DNA of 64,000 nucleotides from Chrysomallon squamiferum (Eukaryota > Animalia > Mollusca): positions 29,760,001 through 29,824,000 of the forward strand of contig CM022679.1 in NCBI GenBank assembly GCA_012295275.1, in the 5' to 3' direction. The notes under the pieces were generated by a model. It did no database searches. It saw nothing but the letters and a program-made list of their open reading frames with translations, and was not told where the DNA came from. Shown piece after piece: positions 54,142 through 64,000 of the stretch; within the stretch, counting starts at the first letter, position 1; every line of letters begins with the position of its first letter. The position numbers and the translations under genes are program-made.

Positions 54142-56281
54142 TCACATGCAGCAATCGAAAAGAAGAAGTTTTTCTCTTAAAGGAACAGGCAGATGAATGA
54201 GTTGTCGAACTTTATAACCCAGATCAGAGGGGGCGCTGTTACGCAGAAGGTTTAAGACGATCACTCGAGAAGCACTGAACAAAGTGCGAGGATTTCTGCT
54301 CGTGTCATTCAGCCAGTCCAGACACTTGGGACTCTTTTCACTGAAAATTTCATCCCAGTTTCGAGAAATTCGCATCTGAAACAGTTCCGAGTTTGTGCAC
54401 AGACCCGCTTCCCAGACAAGGGAGGCGATCTGCAGACTCTTTTGTGACGCTCGACTCTTCAGCGTTTCCAAAACCTCCGGCATGATCTCCAGGCAACCTG
54501 ACGTCACTGTGCCAGCATGAACGAGAAGCAGCACGCATTCGCTGTTTCCGTTAGCAACGGCGTAGTGAACGGGCAGTTTGCCGTCCACGTCGTTCATGTT
54601 GGGGTCGGCGCCGTTGGTGAGAAGGTGTCTCAGACAGCCGACGTTGCCGAACGTCGCAGTTTCGTGTAGTGGTGTTTTGTCGTGTCTGTTAGGTACGTTG
54701 ACGTTGCAGCCGTACTCGATCAGAACATCGACGACGAGGCCGTTGTTGTTTGAAGCTGCTATCATCAGGGGCGTACATCCCCAACCGTTCGGAGCTTCGC
54801 CGTCGCAGCCCACCTGCAGCAACATCTCAGCGACGACGGCGTTATTGTTTTTAGCAGCGTAATGCAGCGGAAGTTCTCTGTCGTGGTTCGAAATGTTGAC
54901 GTCACATCCAGCTTCCAGTAAAGTGGCGACGATGTCGGAATGGTTGTTCAACACCGCCAGCATCAACGCCGTGTCGCCGTATTTGTCCTGAACTGACGTG
55001 TCTGTCCCCGCCGTCAGCAACATCCGCACCAACGTCTTGTTACCTCTCCAACTCGCCATCTGCAGTGCGGTTCTTCCGTAGTCACTGGTGGAATTTACAT
55101 CAACGCACTGCTGAAGCAGGATGCTGGCAACAGTCACGTGATCATTGCACACAGCCAACATGAGTGCATTGTCGTTGTCCACATCTGCCGCAGTGGCGTC
55201 GGCCCCACTTTCCAGCAACATCAGCACGCATGCTGTGTTGCCGTTGATTGCTGCTCTCAGCAAGGCGACGTTCAGATCATCCTGGCTGACGTCTCCGAAG
55301 GCGCCGCTGAGAGCTTCTTTGAGCAAGACGACAGCATTTCGATTAGCGGCTTCAACCACAGGCGTCTTGAACCTGAAACAACGAGAAGCATTCACATTAT
55401 GTTAGATTATCTTAAACCTGAAACAACCAGAAACATTCACATTATGTTAGATTATCTTAAATCTAAAACAAAGAGAAACATTCACATTATGTTAGATTAT
55501 CTTGAACCTGAAACAAAGAGAAACATTGAAATTATGTTACGTTATCTTAAACCTAAAACAAAGAGAAACATTCACATTATGTTAGATTATCTTGAACCTG
55601 AAACAAAGAGAAACATTGAAATTATGTTACGTTATCTTAAACCTAAAACAAAGAAAAACATTCACATTATGTTACTTTATCTTAAACCTAAAACAAAGAG
55701 AAACATTCACATTATGTTACACTATCTTAAATCTGAAACAACGAGAAACATCCACATTATGTTACTTTATCTTAAACCTAAAACAAAGAGAAACATTCAG
55801 ATTATGTTACTTTATCTTAAACTTAAAACAACGAGAAACATTCAAATTACTTTACTAAAACATTTAAATCTTACATATTAATATTATGTTACATTGTCCT
55901 AAATTTAAACAAGAAACATTCTAGTTATGTTATAGGTGTCACAAATTTAAACGAGTACCGTCAAGTGATATTATTTTATTTTATTGTATTTTATTTTTAA
56001 TTATTATTATTATTTTTGACGCGGGTTTCTTAGTCATTAATCCAAAACCGAAATTAGTAATTAATATGGACTAATTAAATCATGTAAGGTAACAGATATT
56101 TCAATATATTATCGTTGATGCTTTTCTTTTTATCTCTGTTTCATCTTTTATCTAAGCGGAGACAATGAATATTGAATATTGAAGACAAAACATCTAACTA
56201 AGGAATCACGAAATAATCGTTCGCTAATGTTACGTATTTTGACCTAGATTCCAGTTTCTCGTATCTGCGTTCTACTTACAT
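54142..56281 (-). CDS. Ankyrin repeat and SOCS-box protein (ASB-like), about 410 aa
   Basis: Exon 55372-54142 carries about 8 ankyrin repeats (GRTALQMAS, GDTALMLAV, GCTPLMIAA, KTPLHETA) and a C-terminal SOCS box (PRTLFSASRVIV...LPVPLREKLL). The upstream exon ends CAAAAT|gtaagt at 56280, supplying AT of the ATG. Confidence 0.88.
55366..55860. repeat. 45-bp minisatellite (about 11 units) whose unit is the ASB-like gene splice acceptor
   Basis: Unit acctgaaacaacgagaagcattcacattatgttagattatcttaa; the first unit spans the junction at 55373/55372. Confidence 0.93.
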
Positions 56282-57232
56282 TTTGAAAAACACGCTCACT
56301 TTCCTCAAGAAAAAACTGTCTTGAAATTCTTCAGAAGTATTCTCAAATCGACTGTCGCATGAAAGAGAAAACGAACGTCTTCTACAGTTTCATCATGCAC
56401 AACGTTTTTGTTGATTCTGGCGAAACTTGACGAAAGTAAAGTGAACGAATTTCGCGAGAAGCAGCTTCTTTGTAGAGAATGTAAACACTAAATGGCGCAG
56501 TTCGGATTCAAAAATAGCAACAAAGTAGACAAAAGTCAAATGTTGCCAAATAACAACATTCCTGATAATCATTTTAGAACGTGCATGGTCTATGGGAGAT
56601 AACTATAATTTTCAATATGTCGACAGAGTTATTTCCCGTGAAATCAACGAAATTGAGACGGACGTTGATATTTTCTTTTCCATTTAAATTTAATAATCTT
56701 TGTTAACATTTCGAAAACTACTACAATATTAAAAATACGACAAAAATTAAAGAAAGCAAAATAAAAACAACAACAAACAAACAGTAGACAGAAGACACAA
56801 CAGAAAGAGACACAGCATTACCAATAGGAGCAGGATTATTACTAGATGTAATATTAGTGCTTGTGTTAGTAGTCGTGTGATGGAAGAACAGTGACTGATG
56901 TGGTAGTCACGTTGTGGTTGTACTTATCACAGTAGAAGGAAGACAATGCTGATAATTCGAGTTCAGTTGAGTTGTACGTAAATTCTGAACGGGTAACGCA
57001 CAAGAAGAAGAAGAAGAAAATAATAAGAAAATAAAATAAGAAAAGATGACGTCCCATTTTTACGTTATCAGCCGCAGACTGATGTTGCAGCTGAGGTAGA
57101 AATAACCTTTAGACTACGTAAATATTTGAAGAGCAATATTTATACATGTGTACAATGTAACCGATTCGGTATTTGAAACAGTAATATTGAAAGAAAGAAA
57201 AAATAATAAATAAAATAATAATAATAATAATA

Positions 57233-57270
<38 letters not shown>

Positions 57271-57332
57271 CAAAATAATAATAATAATAATAATAATATT
57301 AATATTAATAATTGTAAAATAAAAATAAAAAA

Positions 57333-57363
<31 letters not shown>

Positions 57364-58109
57364 AAGTAAACAGAAACAAAAACATGTATGTATGGATGCA
57401 AAAATAGACATATATGTGTTATGGTTCTAATCAGCTAGCTAGCTAGATAGATGGATAAATAAAAAAATAAATAAAAAAATAAATATATTAATAGTATTAA
57501 AAATAATAATAATAAAATAAAAATAAAAATAAAATGTATAATAAAAAGGTAAACATGTGTATATATGTTTGTGTTATACCTATCTGTGTTTATGTATATA
57601 ACAAAATATCAGCTTTTTCCTACAGCAGTTAGATTTGTCAGGCTTTGCTCAGTTGTAATTTGCTCTTTGACCTCAGCGGGATTAAACCTGATATCTGAAA
57701 ACAGTAACCAGTTATTTCTTTTATCCTGCAATCCCAAGTAATACAAAATCTGAATGAAATTAACTGTTTGATTTCTCAGCTTACAACTCTCAACAGTAAA
57801 AAATTACTGATTTTGTTGTTGCCTACAAAAATATACATCAAATTAAAACAGTTCTTAACTAACAACAATTTATTCACTTTTTAAAAGAAGACGGTCTTTT
57901 AAGGTCTAAACCAGTAATTACAACACTAAGGAAGGAACTTGGAACAATTACATATATGAATTTACGTATGTATGTATGTGGCAAGTAATTTAACGAAGTT
58001 AAAATAGTTCCATCTCGGAAAATTATGTAAATGAAGATATAGAAATTAATCAAGTCGTAATATCTTGCATGATTTATGGTGATCTCAGAGTAAATACCTT
58101 CACAGTTAT

Positions 58110-59200
58110 CATTTATTTACTAGTTAAATTATTAATATTAATTTATATTACCGGTATTTTATTTCACTTGTAAACAGTTAACCTAATTTTCTACGAAATT
58201 CAATAAATATTAATAAACGAGTTACTTAGCTTTCAATAACTAATGAAAAAACAAGTTTATATTAACGTAATGCATTAATAATAGTTTAAACGAGTTTAAC
58301 ATGCAGGGCGTTTTTCAGGTTACAAGGCGAAGAAATAAAGTTTAGATTCTTTAGCTGCTTCATTCAGTTGTTGTAGAGCCTTATTCTCGATATCCACTTA
58401 CGAAACATTGATGATTTATAAAATTTTACATTTTGTTTTCTAACATTTTTAGTTTGGTTTCGATTACTACGATAACTTCCATTCAGTTTACATTCGTAAT
58501 TTAATACTTACCTGCTTTTGTTTTTCTATGATTTACGTTAAAAAAATTATATAAACTGCATGCCAGTTGTTAATAACGTAACATTTTGTATAATTCAGTC
58601 TCCTTATGGAAGGTTTGTATGCAGCTTCGATTCTGCCACTAGTAATGTAAATGTCTACCAGTCCAATTCTGACTGGCGTTCGTTATGTGTCGACGAGATC
58701 CGTATTATTCCATATATAATATGGTGTGTGTGCGTGTGTGTGTTTGTATGTGTGTGTAGATGGGAAATCTATATACATATTTTTCTTTTCTTTTTTCTCT
58801 TATTTTTCTTATACAACGAACTGATGCTATAATTCTTTGTGTTTTCGAAGATTCTTACCAGTGACCAGCTAAGTTATTTCCCAATCCAACCTGTCAAGAT
58901 CCACTGATACGTTATTAAAACTTTCGTTTCTACCGTTCTAAATAATTTAATATTTTTATTTCCATAACAGAAAGAGGACCAACCTCGGTGTCACCATGGC
59001 AAAGCATTAGCCTTGGTGCATGTTGTACCGGGTTTTCTTTTCGATATTGGCATCTTTAAAGTATTATAACATTAATATTTATCGAAAAAAGAGAGAAAAG
59101 AGATAAGGCCAGTTGGATAGATAGATACACAGACAGAGAGGAAAAAACAAAGAACGTGAAAGAACCAGGCAGAGAGAGAGAGAGAGGGAAAGAGAAATAC
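58110..59200. repeat. Duplicated copy of the SLC15 5' region (about 36255-37350); partial third copy at about 41590-42300
   Basis: ctagttaaattattaatattaatttatattacc...ttctacgaaattcaataaatattaataaacgagttacttagc matches 36258 onward; donor atacttacctg retained at 58504-58514; 58592-59110 nearly identical to 41589-42110. Confidence 0.88.
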
Positions 59201-59446
59201 TTTTTTGTTTCCACGTGCTTTTATTAAAACTTAATGCAGCTTTAAAAATAAATAACTAATGCAAATTTTTTTTTTTTTATTAATGAGATATAAAAAGGAC
59301 ATTTTATATGATTCTTGCTATAAATATCTAGTCTCACAAAACAAAACTTTAATCATCACATATTCTATTAACTTGTCGTAATTACTTTAATTAAGGGATT
59401 ATTATCGTTAATTAGCAAAACGGTGTCTTTTTACTTTTCGTTGATT

Positions 59447-59723
59447 CTAACAAAAACGTTCATATTTTACATCATTTAGAAGTATCCAATATATTTCTTC
59501 TGGAAACGAATCACTGACCGTGTACCAATCTGAAAATAAAAGAAATTCATGCTTTATTAATTACTACATTCTTAGAAGAAGAAAAGGAGGAAGAAGAAGA
59601 AGAAGAAGAGAGAGAGAGAGAGAGTGAGAGAGAGAGCTTTCAAAATATGAAGATATATGAGTAATTTATTCTGTTTTTCTGTATCGTTAATTAAATAATA
59701 ATAATAAAGTAATAATCATAAGC

Positions 59724-59759
<36 letters not shown>

Positions 59760-60830
59760 TATTAACTATGAAGGATGTATGACCAAACTGTTTAACTATA
59801 CAATGTAAACCTCGTTAACAGAGGGAGACTTGAACAGTAAAGTTTTGTACCTGAAAGCTGATTATTTGAACAGTCCAAAGAAGAGTGAAACCAGTATGAG
59901 AGTCACTGACGCAGTCACCATGGTGCCGTCTCATGAAATAATAATAATAATAATAAAAATGTGTCATATGCTGTGGTGGTCACATAATATTTAATACACT
60001 CACGTGCGCATCCCCCCTCCCAGGTACACAAAGTACACTAAATGAAAATAAACAATAAACAATTAAAAGCAAAGCTGAAAACGACAACACTATCTTTATA
60101 GTACGTTTCCAAGAAGCATAAATAATTATTACCACAATAATCGGAGATGTATTTCTTGGCTTCGCTTAATTTGTCTTTAATGCGATCGTCTTCAGAACAG
60201 CCAGCTCTGTCAAGACAGTCGATACCCAATCTGGCTACCCTAGGATTATAAATACATACATTTCAGTTGAAATATTATATAAAATAAAATATATAACTGT
60301 TCGTTATAAGAATAAAACACTATTATCTTGTGTTTTAATAAGTAAATAATAAAGTTTCAAATTTTCGTTCTAAAAATGGTCTCCACTCACCGACACTTTT
60401 CCTTGATATCCGCGTCTGAAATATTCCAGTTTCCTATAGATGTCGATATACAATTTTTAATTTCTGTAACGCTACACTGATCAGTCACCACAGCAGCGAC
60501 ACCTAGTGAGAGAAAAACACGTTTCTTTTAGTAAACTCTGTAACCTTGCCTACTAAAGTTTTACAATCACCATTTCTCTTATTCTCGCATTCTTTCTTTA
60601 TTTTTCCCTATCTTTCTCTTTTCTGTCTTTTTCTTTTTCATTCTGTTTATCAGTAGATTTATTTCTGTCTCTCCTAATTTATTTCTCTATGTCTGTTACC
60701 GAATGTATTTATTTATGTATCTGTGTCTGTCTGACTGTCTGTCTCTCGATTGATCTATCGATTTATATCTACAAACTTTTCTCTCATCCGTGTTCTCTCT
60801 CACTCCCTACGTAATTTGTCTGATTTACTC

Positions 60831-60877
<47 letters not shown>

Positions 60878-60955
60878 TCAAATCAACATAAACATAATAA
60901 TTAATATCTTAAACTTACCAAATAAAAGTACTAACAGCAACATTACAGTCTTCAT
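59447..60955 (-). CDS. Secreted six-cysteine protein, copy D (112 aa, extended C-terminus)
   Basis: Exons 60955-60919, 60502-60391 (GVAAVVTDQCSVTEIKNCISTSIGNWNISDADIKEKC), 60239-60133 (RVARLGIDCLDRAGCSEDDRIKDKLSEAKKYISDYC), 59529-59447 (DWYTVSDSFPEEIYWILLNDVKYERFC*). Confidence 0.78.
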
Positions 60956-62642
60956 GTTAGCAGCTAAGTGATCACCAACATACAAAAATGAACCCAGTCA
61001 GTCAATCAGAAAATTAATGCGCAAATGAAAGCGAGCTGTTGCGAAACTCCGTGACAAAGCCATGAAAATGAGCCGGATTCTCAAAGTTTTTAGATTAAAA
61101 TCTGGTTGCCAAAGGACGAACAAAAGGCTAGATCGAGTTTGTCTCTCTAATTTTTTTTTTTTTACTTGTAACATAAAGAAACCTTTGTAAACATCTTTTC
61201 TTACCGCTCTATTTAAGAGGAAAATAAAGTAGCTAAAGAAGGTTACAAAAGTAGAGGTATCAAATGTGCCCTCTTATTTTATTTTATTTTTTCATTTTCC
61301 TACATATGTATATGTGTGTATGTTACGTATGTATATGTGTGTATGTTACGTATGTATATGTGTGTGAATGTATGTATGTATGCACGTACGTTCGTATCTA
61401 TGTATGCATGTGTCAGTAACATTTAATACATCAAAAACATTTGACTGTTTAATCTCCCTTCCGTGCAGATTCTTATTTTGTCTTGGTTCCCCGTGCTACC
61501 TTACTCGTTTTATTAATCAAAGGTATTTAAATATCATGTTTTATCGATTGTGTGATGTATTATTATCAAGTCCCCTTTATAATCATTATTAAAGAATTAA
61601 TTTGTACCTTGGCTTGTGTTGTGTTTATTTCTCTAGTGAATAGATAGACTTACTGATTTACATAGATTGCTCTCAGTTTACATTTATATTCCTTGTTAGG
61701 TGGCCATTAAAGCACATTTTTACTCTAGGCTGAGTCTTAATAAACATCCAAGATGTTTTATGGTGTTGGCCCCGTGATAGTATGCATGTATATATGGATA
61801 TTTATGTGTATACATGTGTGTGTGTGTGTGATTGTGTGTGGATATGCGTGTGTTTAAGATATTTTGTTTTGAGTCTGTAGTTGTATTTAACTAGACACAC
61901 AGATAAACAGTCTGACAGACAGTCGATCTATTTAAACACATAAGTAAGTATAAATAAAGACGAGTGAATGATATGTCAGTTTTATTATATTTAACAGTTA
62001 GCTACAAATCATCTCTCGTGATTAGGTTTGCACAAGAACTATGCACAAATCAGTGTTGTTTTTTCTTTTTAAAGATTTTGCTTTGTATTTTGCTTTTCAC
62101 TTCTCACGCAATTAAGTTTGCTTATTATTTTCATAGATTTTGTTTTAAAGTTATTTAAAGAAATAATATATGAACAATTTCGTTTTATTATTATAGTTCA
62201 CCATTTCCGTGTTTTAAAAACGGTGTAAAATAATAATTTAGAAACTTTTAGAAATTCTTCTTTTGCTCTGCTCATACGTACAATTTAACAATGTCCTCAT
62301 TAGATTACAAATATGTTGAATTCATAAAGAAAGAAAAAAAAAAAAAAGTTACAGAAATGAAGAAATAAAGAAATAAATAAAGAAAGAAAGAATGAAAGAA
62401 AAAAAGAAAAAAAGGAATAATAATAAACGACGTGGTATACGTGTCTCCAAATCTTGATGGAAACTGGCAGATGACTGAAGATGGTTTCAGAGACTGGCAT
62501 ACGCTAATTCACAGAAGAAAGTGAAATCCTCCTGTAATAAAATAATAAATAAATAAATAAATAAATAAATAAAAATTAAATAAATTTATTACCTACCAAA
62601 CAGTGATAATGTCAATCTTAATAATTAGAGAAAATAAAATTA

Positions 62643-62755
<113 letters not shown>

Positions 62756-63007
62756 TACATTCATTGACTTTTTAAGTGTATGTATCTATATGTGTATGAG
62801 AGAGAAAAGTGTTATGGATAATGATTAAAATTGAAAGTTTCAAATAATGTGAATGAAAGAGAGAGCATATGATCAGAGACAGAAAAAACGATGGGAATAA
62901 CATATGAGAGAGAAAGAAAAACTGAGCCCTGGTGTAACACATACAGAGAAATGTAATGCATAATAATATTGTTTATCTATATACGTAACGACTGCTTTAA
63001 TACGAAC

Positions 63008-63133
63008 CTCTGTGTTTGTTACGGAGAATGTTCTGTAAACAAAATCACTTCTGTCTTGTTTTTCAGTGACAGAGATGATGAAGAAGCCGGTTCTGAAACT
63101 TTCTGCATCTGTCCAGTATGGTTCACACTTTGA
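63008..63133 (-). pseudogene. Isolated exon of a classical protein tyrosine phosphatase domain
   Basis: catgcag acceptor, GAG|gttcgt donor, 126 nt phase 0-0; SKCEPYWTDAESFRTGFFIISVTEKQDRSDFVYRTFSVTNTE matches the KCxxYWP motif and the following beta strands. No WPD-loop or HCSAG exon seen downstream. Confidence 0.65.
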
Positions 63134-63289
63134 CTGCATGTACAAACATATCAAGTGGATAAGGCACGATACTAACATACACACTTATACACACAAATAC
63201 AAACACATACATACATACATACATAGATACATATATAGATACATACATACATACATACACAGTAGAAAAAAGTAGATGAAAAAATAAAT

Positions 63290-63767
63290 AAGTACTTTAC
63301 CTTTTCTGAAACTGTAAGTAATTGCTTGAATTATAATTGCACTTATTATGTTTAATGTAATTTTAGTAAAATAGAACTGAAAATATGTTGCGGTGCATCT
63401 TGCTACATCTCCTAGCCTAATATAGGCTCGCTATTTTGTATGTTTAAATTACGCTTTGCAGAACAAATAATTACTTTGAAGATAAATAAGATTATTGGAT
63501 ACGATTTAAGAAAATCGAGTAAATATTTACAATTCGAACAATTTACATCCAAGAAGCTACTAATTACACTGTTTAACGTATAATACATTTTTTCTCTCTT
63601 TCCTTGTAAAAAGTGTATGAAATAACAATATGGTGGCTACTTGTATTTGATCTATTGCCACACGAGAGATTTTCTCAAAACTTATCTTCAGTTTAGGAAC
63701 CTTTAAAAAGCATTAAATATATTAAATGTAACCATTTTAAGTTTTAAAGCTATGAAAGGTTTATATG
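63290..63767. repeat. Duplicate of 46003-46491 (3' flank/UTR of the ITAM exon)
   Basis: ttttctgaaactg.aagtaattgcttgaattataat...gctatgaaaggtttatatg present at both positions with high identity. Confidence 0.9.
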
Positions 63768-64000
63768 TATAACTTCACGGATCAAATAGCACGGCCCATT
63801 TAGGTCAGTCGTACTCAGCAGTTAGCAGGGTAGATTTATAAGCTCTGTAAAATATAGTTTAGAAAAACAGTGCAGTCTTCGGAAGCTGTGATCTAAAAAC
63901 TTTTTGCAGATATTAATTTTTTTTTTTTTCTCGGATTCCTTTTTATAGCTGCAAACAATATTGCTGCAAGAATGACTTTTATGAAGTGTTTTTTTACGAT

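Noticed and set aside
54142-54160. ASB C-terminus DCCM as a prenylation signal
   Set aside because: Cys is not at position -4 for CaaX, and Rab-type CC motifs need a Rab substrate.
55138-55881. 247-aa + strand ORF with 15-aa repeats (LKPETTRNIHIMLDY)
   Set aside because: By-product of the 45-bp intronic minisatellite, antisense to the ankyrin gene; no independent coding evidence.
62440-62532. Acceptor-like site downstream of the PTP exon
   Set aside because: Stops in all three frames and no WPD-loop similarity.

Overview
AT-rich, microsatellite-dense animal genomic DNA with spliceosomal introns, most likely a lophotrochozoan invertebrate such as a mollusc (inferred from composition and gene style, not proven). 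Most ORF-track entries are microsatellite noise; I reconstructed the real genes by hand from splice sites and intron phases. In order: (1) last two exons of a myocardin/MRTF-like gene (+); (2) a 4-exon type I transmembrane mucin (-) with a Tc1/mariner relic in intron 1; (3) a complete 10-coding-exon SLC15A4-like peptide/histidine transporter (-); (4) a segmentally duplicated cluster (38-61 kb, -) of an unrecognised six-cysteine domain family. This cluster holds three single-domain secreted genes plus a four-cassette member that can splice in phase to a transmembrane exon and a tail with a canonical ITAM. (5) An ankyrin/SOCS-box gene lies inside the cluster with its ATG split by an intron; (6) an orphan tyrosine-phosphatase exon sits near the right edge. 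The six-Cys exons are hypervariable while their signal peptide and introns are nearly invariant, so this secreted plus ITAM-receptor family is the best candidate for an undescribed system. A second recurrent oddity is intronic minisatellites whose repeat unit is the splice site itself.
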